Source: Eledone cirrhosa (lineage: Eukaryota). Taken from it: a DNA stretch of 64,000 nucleotides. Positions 41,559-56,886 of this stretch are shown here, piece after piece. The position numbers were made by a program, and so were the translations under genes. The first letter of the stretch is position 1. Each line of letters begins with the position of its first letter. Location of the stretch: the NCBI GenBank assembly GCA_964016885.1, contig OZ024742.1, positions 298,096,001 to 298,160,000 on the forward strand, read 5' to 3'. The notes under the pieces were generated by a model, which saw only the letters and a list, made by a program, of their open reading frames with translations, was not told the origin of the DNA and did no database searches.

Positions 41559-41866
41559 TTAACTCTTTAGCACTTAAACCAGCTCTCTCTCACCTCTTTC
41601 TGTTCTAACTGGCTATAACTGGCCACTCCTACTGATGTTAGGGTATTGTTCTCAAAATAAATAATATCAAAATCTCATATATTCCATATAATTGTTTCTA
41701 CTATTGGCACAAGGCCAGCAATTACTCAGTACATTACTGGTACTTTATTTTATCGACCCCGTAAGGATGAAAGGCAAAGTTAAATGTGAGATAATTGTGT
41801 AAGATAAAGCCTTTACCGAGAAAATACAATAGTATATATAGAGTAACATAAATGCTAATGGGTTAA
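41559..41866. mobile_element. piggyBac-like MITE (TTAA ends) containing a SINE-2 fragment at 41688-41783
   Basis: TTAACTCTTTAGCACTTA ... TAAATGCTAATGGGTTAA; related left end at ~21256. Confidence 0.7.
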
Positions 41867-42843
41867 AGCCTGTAAGCCAAAGTCTGTGTGTGTATTTGTA
41901 TATATGTGTCTGTGTTTGTGTTTATGTCTGTCTGTCTCAGTGTTTTATGTTCCATAACTTAGTGATTCAACAAAAGATATCAATAAATTCAGACTTATAA
42001 ATAAAAAGTACTGGTAGCGATATAATCACATAAATCCCTCAAGGAGATCCCAGCATGACTGCACTCTAATGGTTGAAACCAGTAAAAGAGAAAAAGAATA
42101 ATGTGTATAAAATCCTGCTAGACATAGTATTTAATGTTAACATCATACGTCAGGAAACTCTGTTCACATTTTCCCATTTTTAGGGTGTTTTACACACTTT
42201 TTTCTCAATTATTATTTAGACTGATCAACTATTACTATAGTCATTTGCGGTGGGACGACTGCCTTTCACGTCATTGTAATAATGTATAAGAGCAGTAGAT
42301 TGGTGGAATAGTTAGATATGTTGGACAAAATGCTGGGTGTCGTTTGTTTCACCTCTTTGCATTCTGAGTTCAAATACTGCTGGGGTGAAATTTATCTTTC
42401 ATCATTCTTTGGTCGATAAAAAGTGCCAGTCATATACTGGGACTGATTTAATTGACTTTCTCTTCCTCAAAATTTGCTGGCCTTGTGCCTAAATTAGAAA
42501 TCGTTATTTTAACAATCAAAATCTCTAGCAGGAGTCCTTTCAAATGTTTATTCAGGACATCTTTTATCTTTTTTTTTTTTTTGTAATTTTGTGTATCTAC
42601 TATTAGTCAAAATTAATCTCTATAAAACATTTGAAGAATTTGGGGAATGTACGTTGCTTTAAAAGCAAGATTTTATCATTGGATATATTTAACTCTATAC
42701 TTAATTGAAGTTTCAAAACAAAAAACATCAAATTATATTAACCAAATATTAATGACTATCCAATCATAAATTGTTAAACTTATTCTGATTCAGTTTAATT
42801 TGAGTTTCTATGAAGAATACTTAATATATCTGTTAAGTTAGAA

Positions 42844-43001
42844 CAGAGATTCTCAAAGTGGGCGCTATCGCACCCTGGTGGGTGTTGAAAAGGTCCAGGG
42901 GACGTTGGTGTGTAGCCAGGTCTCTCTGGAAAGGGTTAGGGGTGCTGAGGGTAATATGTGACTGTGAAGAGGGCAGTGGTCCAAAATGTTTTAGAACATT
43001 T
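42844..43001. mobile_element. hAT (Charlie/MER5-like) MITE, 158 bp
   Basis: Termini CAGAGATTCTCAAAGT / TGTTTTAGAACATTTG; perfect 8-bp TSD AGTTAGAA at 42836-42843 and 43002-43009. Confidence 0.75.
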
Positions 43002-44646
43002 GAGTTAGAATTTCTCTATTAATGCAAAGCAGATTGTGTCATTCTGCAATAGAATATGTTTTGGTTAGTAAATTGTGGTAATGTTGGGGCACCGCCTTGA
43101 ACAGATTTAGTCAATCATACTGATGCCTATTTATATTTTTCAAGTCTGATAACTATTTCATCAATCTCATTATTGGCATGACTAAAAGGTAAATGCAAAC
43201 ACAGATACATGGATGGCAGTATGGTTAATGAGTTCCCTTTGCATCCTAGTAATTCTGGGTTCAATTCCACTGCCTAGCACCTTAAGTAAATGTGTTCTGC
43301 TGTAGCTTTAGGTTGATCAATAGCATGTGTGTGAAATTTTGAAGGCAGAAAAGCCAGAAGCTTGTTGAATGTGTTGAATGTGTGTGTTGTGTGTGTGCAT
43401 GTGTGTTTGTGTGTATATGCTCATCACTATCATCTGTATATATCATATGTTGAAGTCAGCCTACACTCTTAGAACGTTACTATACACACATTTGTGTCCA
43501 ATGCAAATATTTTATAAAATATTCTATCCAATGATTTCAAAGTATTTATACATTCTCTTGTTTTATTTTACTAAACTATCTAATGTGAAAAACCTTGGTA
43601 TTCTAAACCATCAGTTGTGTTAGGCTTTGTTATTTCACTACACCATCATCTGTATATGATGTTAAACCATGTAGTTCTACTAAATTATCAGTTGTATGTA
43701 TTATTAAACCATGTTATTCCACTAAACAATCAGTCATATATCATATTAACTCTTCCTTTACAATATATCTAATGATAAACACTGCCTATGGTCTTCAATT
43801 AATTTTAGAATTCTGCCTGAAAAATGTCTTGTCCAACCAATGCCAGTCTGATAAAGCACATGTAAAATGATGATAAGGATGATGATTTCTGTAGTTACTG
43901 AATTAAAAAGAGTTCACTATTTTGAGAACAACAAACAAAATAATAAAAGCTAATTTCACTGACAAGTTGGTATTCAAGTGAGTTTTATTATAAAAAAATA
44001 GGACTCCTGTTTGTCATCATCATTTTATGTCTGCTTTTCCATGCTTATATGGGTTGGATGGGGCCATTCCAGCACAGCCTTCCTGCTCTCATAACATTCA
44101 TTGGCTATCCCCTTTGTGATGTTCAGAATTTTGAATTTAGCTCTAACCATATCTGCTAAAGTTTTTCTTGGTCTTCCTCTACTGCATCTTCTGTCATTTC
44201 TTCATTCAACAGTCATCTTCCATATACATCATATGTCCATAGCAGCACAATCTCTTCTCTCTTGCACACTACATCTGATTCCTCTTATACATATTTTTTT
44301 TTCTGAAATAATTATTCAATTAGCAAAGGCGTTTAACTAAAAGTGGGAATTTTAGCATCTCATACCATTGCTCTTAGATGCGAAAATAAAAAAAGGTTAA
44401 TTGATTGAATAATTTTTATGTCACAATTATCTTGAGATGAATTATTCAGAAGGAAATAAATTGTTTTCTCGATACAAAGTCAAATAACTCAATAAATAAT
44501 GAAAAGCCTTTCTAGGAAGGTTATCTAGGTTTCATGTCTGATATAGAAATATGTACATTAATCTTGTATGTATGACTGAATGATCTAATATCTCTTTAAA
44601 TGATAGGGAAATGTAAAGCAGACATTTTAATAGTTGTTACGCAGCA

Positions 44647-45047
44647 TTAACCCTTCTGATACTAAAGCAACTCAAACTGTCACTGGTTTTTCTATACAAA
44701 TCTGTTTATTTGAAAACCATGACAAATATAGTGATGAAATAGTTGATATCTAATCCTCATAACCCCTTTTTATCGTATTTTCATCTATTATAAAATTAAT
44801 AATGAGAAAGTTACAAATTTCACTAAATCCCTCTAAATTCTTGATTATTCTCCAGGTCTATGATGCAAATATTTATTTAAAAAACCTTCCATCATAATTC
44901 TATGTAAGTTCCTTTGTTAAGTTACATTCCAAATACCAGTTTATAATGATAAAGTTAGTTACATTATGTAATCCTTCCAAATTCTTGAATATCTTCAGTG
45001 ATTATAAGCAGTGTCTTTTATTAGAAATACAGTAATGAAATAGTTAA
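44647..45047. mobile_element. Old piggyBac-like MITE (second family)
   Basis: TTAACCCTTCTGATAC ... GTAATGAAATAGTTAA; internal sequence shared with 46745-47201, 54768-55030, ~37525-37765 and ~29620-29842. Confidence 0.6.
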
Positions 45048-45825
45048 TCTTATACATATAACTGAATGATCAAATATCTCTTTAAATTATATGAAACATA
45101 AACTAGACATGTTGCTGGTTGTTATTACGCAGCATTAAATAAAGCTAATGTCGAAGCAGACATAACACGCACATGATATTCGAGAGTATATCATATGTTC
45201 AATCAACAGAATGGTGTGCCAGAACAAAGACTCATCTAAGCTGTAGGTTAGCTAGCAAAGAAATTTGTTTATGCTACCGAAATGGTAGCTTTCACCTTGT
45301 AGCAAAGCCAGTAGAATTTTTTTCCTTTTCAAACACTTTAGCAGGTTAAGGTATTTTACTCTTTTTCTATTTCCTTTTTACAATTTTTATTTCTTCAATG
45401 CATTAATACTGGTAACAGAATATTCCATTTGAATGAAAGAATTTGTTGTATGTTAAAGTGAATATAATATCAGAATGTAGTAATTAGTATGTATTATTGA
45501 AATTAGATAAATAGGTAATTAGGCAAAACAATGCAAAGACTGTAATAACAAATTCTTAATGTATTATCTATGTATATTGAAAAAGAAATTCAAATGATAT
45601 GAATTATTTACATTAACAATAATTATATTTCTACATTATATATGCATCTAAGAGAGAATCTAAAAGAGTAAAGTATAGATTTTCGAAATATCTGATCAAA
45701 ACCTACAATGAGTAAACCTATTATACAACAACAATAAGCACTGTAAGGTCATTTTCCTAGTTAAAACAGTATTTAGACTTGCTGGCACCATCGCAGGTTA
45801 AATATTCATCATAGGACCATTTTTA

Positions 45826-46030
45826 TAATAATAATAATGATAATAATAATAATAATATTGTGTACAGTGCTCAGGTGCACTAAAATTCCTCACGTGTGTG
45901 TATATGGAGGAGGAATATCAGGTGTAGTGTTTTCAAATTTCAGAAAGCATGGAAGTTTTGAAGGATGCAGTGTCCCAACAGCTAACAACTGATGCAGATA
46001 GTTTGTTCTATGCTTCAGCAAGTCTGAGCG
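45826..46030 (-). mobile_element. CR1/L2 3' fragment with internal deletion
   Basis: Matches 1070-1100 and 1185-1320; (AAT)n tail. Confidence 0.75.
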
Positions 46031-46744
46031 TTGTGACAAAGTTTTATGGCTAGACACCCGGCCTGATCTCAACCATTTTAGTCACTTCTTATGATATGCA
46101 GAGAGATACAGTGTACTTATTCTAAACTGGGTACACATAGCAGTGGAAATCTATTACAGTTATGCCATTTTTGTCAATAGTTAGTCTAGAGCTGTAGTTC
46201 ACAAACTAATGTCATGGAACCCCCATACGATTTTCAAAATCTCTAGCCCAGCCACCTTTATTGAAACACTTCAAAACCCATGCCTATAGGAACAGTAAGG
46301 ATCCTCTGATATCCCTGAATATCTGAGGCTGTGGGTAATGGCTTGATATATAATTGGACAATTTTTCTATAGATCATATTCTATAGTTAGATACCCTAGT
46401 AACAAACAATACTTATATATTTTAGATATGTTGATGATTCCAGTGATAGTTATTGAGCTGATTAGCTGCAGGACATATTGTTTATGTGGTACATACATGT
46501 CTCCAGTTCCTTAAAGTTGGTCAATGTTTAAATCATACACAGAGACACATACACATGATGGATGCTCTCATCTACTAAATTCACTCACAAGATATTGGTT
46601 GATCTGAGGCTATAGTAGAAAACATAGCCAAGATACCATGCAGCAGGCTTTAACAGATAATCACATGATGACGAAGCAAATTCCTTAACTCCACAGCTAG
46701 GCATATGTCTAGTCATACTTCTGTTTAACATGAGATTGAAGTAA

Positions 46745-47201
46745 TTAACTCTTTCATAATCATAATTTTAATGAAAGATACTACCTATGATGTTCAAATA
46801 ATTTTGAAAATAATCAAGAATACAGAAGGATTTAATAATATAACTTTCTCATTAATAAGCTTGTGTTCAGAGATAATTTAACAAAAGCTCTTACATAGAA
46901 TTATAATTGTTTCTACTTTTGGCACAAGGGCAGCAATTACCTCAATGCATTACTGGTCCTTTATTTTATTGACCCTGTAAGGATGAAAGGCAAAGTTCAA
47001 CTCAGCGGGATTTGAACTCAGAACGTAAAGGGTCATAACTCTTTGCTGCAAAGCATGATGTCTGATGCTCTACCGATACTGCCAATCCACCGCTTACATA
47101 GTATTATGATGGAAGGTTTTAAATAAATAAAAACACTTTGAAATAGTTTTCTACCATAAAACCAGGACTGGTTTTCAGCAGTTTGGTGTCAAATAGGTTA
47201 A
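46745..47201. mobile_element. piggyBac-like MITE carrying a nested SINE-2 (46903-47092, minus strand)
   Basis: TTAACTCTTTC ... CAAATAGGTTAA; SINE flanked by CTTACATAG(A/T)ATTAT duplication. Confidence 0.65.
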
Positions 47202-48885
47202 GGCATAAATTGTTGTTTAGAAATCATTATAGAATAATCAAATGATAGATGTAAAAGAATAGCAAAGAAATACGATGGTAATTTCAAATAATAGTGTCCA
47301 AGATAGCTAGATAAAATACTGAATACTAATTTGTAAATGGTCAGCTAAGAGAGATTAGTGCTAATCAGAGCTTGGAGAATACAGGAATGGCCACGACATG
47401 AAAAAACAAACAATAAAAAAAAAAAGAACAAGAATAAATATATTAAAGATAATTATATCTGTGATTGATGAAATGAGAGAAATCTCATCATCTTTATTTT
47501 TATGTCTGCATTTCTATGATGGCATTGGTTGGCAGAGATATTTTTAAGGCAGTGATATCTGACCAGACTTTTCATAACATTAAAACATTAAACCTGGCTT
47601 TTTGTTTTCAACATTATCATCATCATCATCGTTTAACGTCTATCTTCCACGCTAGCATGGGTTTTAAAATCTAAGGTACAGATGTTTCCATATCAAATCA
47701 ACTGTGAGACATATTGTTTATGTAGGATATGAACAGTTATTACTGACTATCAATGTCAAATGTAAGCCAATGATGCACACATATTTACAAACACCCACAC
47801 TATTTCATAAAAAGGCACACACACACATATAATGCTGGTGCCATGATAAATTGCATCCATGTTACTCTGTAAATTGATTAGAGATATGAAGGGCATCCAG
47901 CAGTAGAAAACATGCCAAAATCTGGCTACCTAGTTGGTCTTATGGTGGTACTAGTCATTTATCTAGCCTAGATAAGGAATTAAGCACATTGAGATAGATA
48001 ACTTGTTAAGGACAATAATAATCTGGATGCTGTACAAGTGACCTTGCTTGTAAATTATAACCAATATAATGTCCTGAAGCGCATGGCTTATATTTCTCAA
48101 CAGATTACTTGAAGCCATTGGAAACTCTCTTAAGTACATTCACCTTATTAGTATTGAGGGATGGAGTGGATAACATCTTATTGTACTATGAGATTATATA
48201 GAAGTATCAGATGTTGATAGCCTAAAAGCCCCAAAATTTCCCAATAATAATTCAGCTATCAAATGGAGTTTCTTAAGAATTATGATATTAACTAAGTTTT
48301 ATTAATTAAGCATGAATATTTTAAATCCCCAAAGTTGATAATGCCTACAGCAGAGGAATACACATTAAGTGTTTTTAGGCCCTTTTCCCTACTAAAGCAG
48401 GGATTAATCTTGCAAGCCCCAGGACAAGCTTCTTCAGTTTACTTTATCCTCACCATCCTCCGAATCAACTCCCTGGCTCTCATTTCCTTCTCCATCTCTA
48501 GCCATGCTTTTATTAGTCACTGCTTCTTCTACTTCTTTCCACATACATTTTACCCAAAATATCCACCCAACAAATCTGTATCTTTGTACAAAAGTTCAGA
48601 GGTTGAAAAAAGATAATACCAATCAACAATGCATAATCATCATCAATTTACATTTGCTTTCCATGATGGCTTGCCTTGCATGAATTGTCCCTATCTGAGA
48701 CTAATGTCCCCCCCCCCCCGTTTTTTACAGAGTGTATTGGATACATTTCATCATCGCACTACCACTGCCACAGTGTTACTTCATCAATAAATATCTGTTA
48801 TTTGTATACCTATATATCTAGGAGTCAACATTAACATCTCTCTCTTATATATATATATTATTAGTACAGATTAAAGTTTAAGCAA

Positions 48886-48997
48886 AGAATTTTTTCTTTC
48901 ACCCTATTACGGGATCTTCTGAATATATATATATATATATATATATTCATATATATATATTCAGAAGATCCCGTAATAGGGTGAAAGAAGAAATTCT
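48886..48997. repeat. Inverted repeat around (TA)n with hammerhead-like arms
   Basis: Right arm CAGAAGA-TCCC gtaata GGGT-GAAA-GAA gaaa TTC-TA; left arm is its reverse complement. Confidence 0.7.
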
Positions 48998-51900
48998 ATA
49001 TATATATATCTTCATTCAAATAACAATCAACCAGAAGGCATTTAATATTTATGACTATTACATGCAGGGTGTCACCTCATCTGTAAATATTTGTTATGTG
49101 CATACCTATACATCTACAAACCATGACAGTATATGGTAAACCGTATAGTTCCACTGTTCCAGGAGAGGAACACAGTTGCTGCCTACACCTGGTTTCATTA
49201 CATTATACAGATGAGAGATAATTCTCTCCCTAGACAATATTCTAGATTATCAGAAGAAACATTTCTTCTGATCTGTGCCCTATAATAGTAGCTATGGGAG
49301 TATTACCAAAATACACACTAAAGTGCATGCAAAGAATTTCATCTGAAACTCTATGAACTATTAATCTACTTAGTGCTTTACCTCTGCTTAACCTACATGT
49401 GACCATTGCCAATATGTTTCAAATAATTTTGAAAATAATCAACCATTTTAAAGGAATTAAGAAAAATAACTAAATTTGTCACAAACTGGTGTTTGGAAAG
49501 TATCTTAACAAAACGTTTTTACATAAATGTTAATCTAATCTTTTTTATATAAACCTCACGGAAACCTCCTCCTGGTTCTTCTATACAAAACTATTCATTT
49601 TAAAATGTTTATATTTACCAATAATTTGATGTAAGTTATGCCCCAAATGCTACATAATATTTTACTACATATCTCCAGATCCATAATTATTTTCAAAATG
49701 AATAGAATAACAAAGGCAGTGTCATACATTGAAAATATGGTAATGACAGGGTTAAATATAAACATTTTTTAAATTAGAACTTTTGTATCATATTAACAGG
49801 AAGAGTTCTTGGTAGGTTGGTATTAAAAGAATTAGCATGTCCATAAGCCCTTTGGATTATAAATAGTTGAATAAATGACCTTACATGGTGTATTTTCTCT
49901 CATCTATTCTGATACTAGTCCTTAGTCCTATTATTTCACTATTTTGTTTAACAAAATCAGTTCCAAGATTAGTCACAATAGTGTTTCATAGTTTTCAGTT
50001 TTAAGTACAAGCTGAAAACAAGAAACCCACATGAAATGTGTAAAAGATTAACTTAGAAGAGTTTAGAAGAACAATCTCAAATAATTTTGTCCATAATAAA
50101 AACTAAAAAAAAACAAACAATAAAAATGAATCTTCATCGAGTTTATCTAAAAATAATAATCTTCTTGGCCAAACAAATATAAAGAGTGTTGAAAATTCTA
50201 TTTATCATCTTTAATTCAAACTATTTCTAAAGAATTGGTGAGAACTGTCAGGTTCTTAAATCCAGCTTTTCTTAAAATTTATGAAAACGTTTTTTTATAA
50301 ATGTTCTAAACAAATACTAAAATATATTCAAGAATTCTTTTGATTAAGTTCGAATATTACAAAAAAGGTGAAAAATCAATTTAATCATTCTCTAGCTAAG
50401 CACATGTATGGCTGTGAGGTTAAGACAATCAAGCACAAGGTTTGGGTTCGACTCCATTGCATGGTATCTTGAACATGTGTCATCTCTTAAAGATCAGCCT
50501 AACCAATACCTTGTGAGTTAAGTTTATTTAATATAAAGTGTGTGGAAGCATGTCATATTTGCATTTGTGTATATGTGTGTATCTCCATGTTTGTTTTCAT
50601 GTAAACATCACTTAAACAAGTGCCATTTGTTAATGTCATACCATAAATAATGTCTCACAGTTTAGTATTTCTGAAGGTGAAGAGTAGTTAAATAAGTATC
50701 AGGGTTAAAAAGAAGTACAGGTTGGCATTGGAAATGGCACTCATTTATAGAATTCAACCTCTGAAAGTCAGACATGAAAATGATGAGGATGATGATGATG
50801 TGCAAGTGAAAATATCAAGAATCAAGAATATTAAATAATTCTGAGGGTTTCTGATATAAAGTTAGTTGTTCTAATATTGAACTGTATACACAGAATAAAA
50901 TACAAATTTAAATTTTGAAGGCCAACACAATGTTGAAAGAAAATTTAACGATTGTTAAATTTGCTAAGGTAAGATTCTTTTGTTATCTTGGCACTTTAAC
51001 AAACTTCATAAAGCATTGTGTTGGTCTTCAAAATTTTAATTTGTGTTTTCTATTAAACAATGCTTCAAGCAACCTACAAAATTCTGTTATAGAATAAAAT
51101 ATTTGAGGCATGATATATGCATTTTTTAATACTTTGGGCTAAGGGAAAAGAACTGTGCCCTTGAACTTCAGGCACCCTATTGAAGATAATCAGATTCTTG
51201 GTTATTCTTAATAGAGTGATATTCAGCAGTGAATATGGGAAGAACTTAAGTGAATTCCAGGAGGTTGACATTATTGGGGAAAAGGATTGGTTAGTACAGC
51301 TTTGGGAGGAGAGACCCAAAATGAGTGGTATGAGGTGAGATGGGTTTGTCGAGTGGATATGGATGGAAAGTGGTGTGCATTAAGTTATCATGGGTTGCAC
51401 ATGCCATTGTAGCAGCAGCATATAACTTTTTTCAATGAAAATATGTGAAAAATAAACATGCAACCTATTTACAAGTCCTACAAACCTCAGTTCAAAATAT
51501 ATGGTACATTATAAATGTATGTAAAATGGAGGTGTGGCATATATACAAATATGATAACAGTGAAACTGATATGATGCTACTTGAGCAATATAGAATCAAG
51601 AACTGAAAACTAAGCACTCCATAATTCAACAGGTCTGGACTTGTCAGAAACTAGATTGAGTAAATGAAGCTGAATAGATTCTTATAAGGTCTACCAAGAC
51701 AAACCTAACCCTACATGTTTGAATAATGTTTATTGTTTATAGTCAGAGTCAGAAATATATCAATAATCAATATAAAGCCATAACTATTGTGATGGTTATA
51801 GAGTGTTTAGAAGTGGGTTGGATGGCCTGAAGGATATGATTAGATGAAAACACCATGGTTGGCTTTCTTGAACTCATATGTTCCCTCAGCAATTAATTCC

Positions 51901-54767
51901 CTGCAATGACATCTCTAAAGATGAAAGAAATTGCAAAAACATGTTAAAGACTTTCTTGAGCTGAGAAGTTCATGATCACAGAGCTTATCCTGGGTTTATG
52001 TGACATAAACAACTGAGAGTACAGTCTATCACACGGTTAACCACCGCTGTTGCTGACTGTACTTATTTATTCAGCTGAATGACATGAAATGAAATGTTTT
52101 GCTCATGGGTTCAATGCATCACCTGATTTAGGAATTGAGCCCATGACCTTAGTACAATGAGCCCAACACAAAATGTATAAGTGAGACACAATATCAGCTT
52201 TGAATTGCTTTTTTTTTAGAATCTGACATAAACCAAGTTCCATTCTAATGAACATCTGTCATAGCTGAACCAGACCTTGGAAAGATACAACTATGTGAAT
52301 TATTATCAGTGAGTATGGAAACTTGAATAAAATTATATGATATTTCAAGACATATAGTTGAGAATGGCTACAAATATTAATACCCACCCCACACTCACAT
52401 TACTATCATTGTAATTTTTTAAATGTACCGAGATCTCACTAATGGCTTTAGGTGCCCATTGACACCATCTCAACTGTCTTCCCATTGACCTCCACTAAAA
52501 TATCCAAGATGTGACAGATGAAGTATTACAAGGCTACACCAGCACTGAACTGGTACTTTATTTATCAACCTTGAAAAGATGAAAGTCAAAGTAAACTTCA
52601 GCAGGATTTGAACACAGAGCATTCTATCTGCTGCTCTAACATATCTGTTAAATTGACCACCTTAACAAACAAACAATGCACATACGTACATGTACATTAT
52701 CTATATAAATATTTTAAAAAAATGCATTCTGTAGACTCTGTAAATGGTAGTGCTGGTGCTATGATAAAATGTACCCTAAAACACACTGTAATGTGGTAGT
52801 GTTGGTGCAATTATCAAACACATTTAATACATTCTGTAAAATGGTTGGCATTATTAAAGTTATCCAGCTGTATAATCCATGATGAAAATCCAAGGCATGA
52901 TTTTCTGCCCAGTTTAGTTTTGTATATATAGCCTATTCAACCCATGCCAGCGTGGAAAACAAGCTCACCTAAATATGGGATTCTATTTTCACCTGTGAAA
53001 CTGTCCTTTTCTTAAACACCAGCACTCTTGGTTCACTACAAATGAATCACTATTCAGATAAATTGTAAAGCCTCCTACACAATCGCTATTTTGAGTTATT
53101 GCTAAGTTTATTCATCCTGTTTTATATATATATATATATATTTTGCTATTATACAAATGCTGCTATTTAAAGCTACTTTCTAATTATATTGATAACAGGA
53201 TAGTAAAGGGTTAACATTTTCTAGCTGCATACACAATAATGATTGAAAGAAATGCTACTTCCTCAGTTTTTACAATGTGTATTCCAGTTGTTTGATCAAT
53301 GGGACAGTCTACACATTAAATTATTGTATAAATGACTGAATATTCCACATGTAATTTTCAGGGAGATTCCATGTGATATAGAGAATGACATGGCTGGCCC
53401 TGACAGGTTTTAAAACAGTTTCTGTCTACCTAATTTCACTCACTAATCTTAGGTTAACCCAAAGCTATGGCAAAATACAGTTTCCCAAGATTCTACACAG
53501 TGGGGGCCAAATCCTGAACTATATGATTTCGAACTGAACTTCTTAACAATTCAGCTATTGATAAATTAGAAAATGTTAACTTTTTACTACTCAAATATAA
53601 TGATAAATCACTAAAAGGTTAACATTTTGTAGCTAAATACATTTATTTGGTAATGATGCTTCTACTGGGAAGGTGTTGAGGGGAGATGAAGTTGGTGATG
53701 TGTAGCAAGGTCTGAGGTCTACAGCAATGTCTGTGATTCACTCAAGAAGCAGTAAAAAAAAAAACAATGTTTATATAGTCAACATTACAATGGACTTCCA
53801 AACTACAATAAATTCTCAAACAAACCAAAATGTTAATATATAATGATGTATGATTCCTTCAAAAATGTGAAACTAACCCAAAGAAGTTACCAGCTTTTTA
53901 AGAAATCCATCTTCACTATTGATACACCTTTTATTCTATACTAATCAAACTCTGTAGATCGATTACAGTAGTCATTGAAATTCTTCAGTCAAACATTTAG
54001 CTTAACACATAGGATAATTCCAATACAATATTCAATAATTTGTTCAAGGAAATGAAAATAATTCATCTTAATTTTTTTAATTTATTTTTCCTTTTCCTGG
54101 GTGAATCTTGAAATAAAGAATTTATGCGGTGTTTTCTGTTTATTTTTTCTAATCAGTATTTTTGCAAGTATAAAATTATAAAATTTATCACCTAAACTAA
54201 AATGCTGGTAAACTATAGAGCTACAATCAATAAATATCAATAGACAGATGCAAAGGAAGCCAACTAAATGTTGCTTATCTCAATTCTTGTAAAGTTTCTT
54301 TTGTATATTTACTTAATACATTTATACATATACACAAATTTACATTTATATGGATAGACACACATATACATATATGCACATACACACATGCACATACATT
54401 TATGCAGGTATATATATTATACACATGCATTCATTTATACACAAACACACATTTTTGCACATATATTTATACACACATAGACATGTACAGACACATGTAC
54501 ACACATGTACACGCATGTACACACATGTACACACAGACACATATACACACATATTGTCTACAAGATGATGATTTTGTTTTAACTGTTTTCAATTCTGTAT
54601 CAATTTAGATTAATAAACAATCCATTTAAATTTGACACAATGTAAATTTTAAACTCAGTTTGCTAAGTATTCAAATAGATTTGAGCTAACATTCCTACTA
54701 GAGCAGTGACGCACATTTAAAACAATATGCTAAATCTAATATTAACACTTTATTACATTGAAATTTC

Positions 54768-55030
54768 TTAACCCTTGCATGGCCATACTTCTAGTAAAAT
54801 GCATACTATTTTAATTAATTAATGAAGCATTTTGAGGGTTTTACTAACATATTTACATGTCGTTACTAATATAGTTATTTAACATATGGTTCTTATATAA
54901 ATTTATGAACATAATTTTAAATAAGTCCATATGTTCAAGATTTCAATTAATATAGAAACCCTTTCAAATAAATGGCTCCATTCCATGGAACCAGAGCTGC
55001 ATTTGACCAAATGGGCATCAAAAGGGTTAA
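54768..55030. mobile_element. piggyBac-like MITE, diverged
   Basis: TTAACCCTTG ... CATCAAAAGGGTTAA. Confidence 0.6.
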
Positions 55031-56837
55031 AACCATATAGTAAATAACATTGACACTAAGATAATTCAGTATCTTATCAAAATTTCATCAAAGTTCTTAA
55101 ACAATCTATGTAGCAGATGAAATTACTTTTAGCAATAAACATTATTGATGCAACTGGATTTAAAATTTAAGATGATTCTTTGAGACAATAATCAAATGAA
55201 GCCTATATATATAAGTGTAGAATTTTATAGTTTGATTAAACTACTTTGCTTAGCTCACTTTTTAATTGTTGCTGTTCTATTTGTGGTCTATGTGTTAAGG
55301 CATGTAATTTAATTAGAACTAAAATTCATGTGATTTGTTGGAAAGGAAAATTTTAATTATATTTTAATCAGACGGAAAGGTAAAATAACTGAAGATAGTT
55401 AAATTGCAAAATACATGAGAGAGTGTTACATTAGATCTACATTTAGCTAAATATATATTTGTACTTCTTTCTGTAGATCCTTTACACTCACTTTTCTATC
55501 AAGCACAGCCTCCCACTTTATATATATGTTTGAGTTAAAGTCGGGTAAGTTAATTTGTTGTTTGTAGTTTTTGTATGTTTTTGATTTTTATCTGTTTAGT
55601 CAGAGAAGAATGGGCAATGTCCACAACCCTTTTGATGATGTCTGCGGCTGGTAGGAGTGATGAAAGTGTCTCTAAACTGGAGACTTGGTCAGAATACTGG
55701 CAATAGAGTGCCCTCTAATAAAGGCAACCCAGAGCCATGTGGCAGTGTTCAACAAAGCAACCTATTAAGTCTACCACTGAAGTAGGCAACAGTGGATTTG
55801 AACTCAGAATGTAATGAGCCAGAACAACTACCATGAGTTAGTACTCTCATAGATCTGTTAGAAGAGCAAATCTCACTTGAAATCTTTTCCTATATAATTT
55901 GACTCCACTACTAATATTGAATATTTTCATGGAAGGGAATGCAAAAATGTAAAGTACAGTTATTGGTAAATCAAGCAGTTATTGAAAATAAGCAATAAGA
56001 ATAAAAAAAAAAAGAAACAAAAATTATTCTGAGTATGATGTATTGATTTCTAAGACTCCTTCAGTAATATCCCATATTGCTGGATCTAAACAAATAAATC
56101 TGAATATTCAAGCAGCATACCAACAGCACTATGGAAAAATAGAAAAGAAACTATCAAACATTAATAAAGCGCAAGATAAAGGCAATGATAATAAGATCCA
56201 TCCCTATTTCCATTAGAGGAATTTTTTTCGGGGAGATTCTGCTAACAAATATATTGAATCAAATCATCACTGGTTACAAGTACTAAGCATACACCATAAA
56301 CTAATTACTTTATATAGGTTTCAAAGAATATTATATATACACAAGTAGTAGTTCAGAGACTGGAGGTGACACTGTTTTGGCAAAATAAAGACAATATAGG
56401 GTTTGAGAAAACACTTCAGTTCTGTCAGGCATATGGCAACATCTCTAGTGCTGATGCCACCATAAAATGCACTCAGTACACCCAGTAACCTGTTAGTGTT
56501 GGTGCCATCGTTAAATGTACCAAAGTAGTAGTGCTGATGCCATGAAAATGGATTCAGTGCATCCTGTAAAGTAGTTGGCATTAGGAAGGGCATCCAGCCA
56601 TAGAGACCATGTCAAATATGAAGCCTTTTGAGCAAGATGAAGTTGCTCCAACCTATCTTGTTACAGACCCATGATACTAATGGGAGTATCTGAGTCTCTC
56701 TCTCTCTCTCTCTTTCTAAAATTTAGAAGAAACAAGGGGCTGTGTAGTTACGTGATAAATTGTATTTAAAAATAAAAGGAAATCACAAACAAGGGACAGA
56801 CAGTGGTGTTGATATAGCCAAACTCTTCATATATATG

Positions 56838-56886
<49 letters not shown>

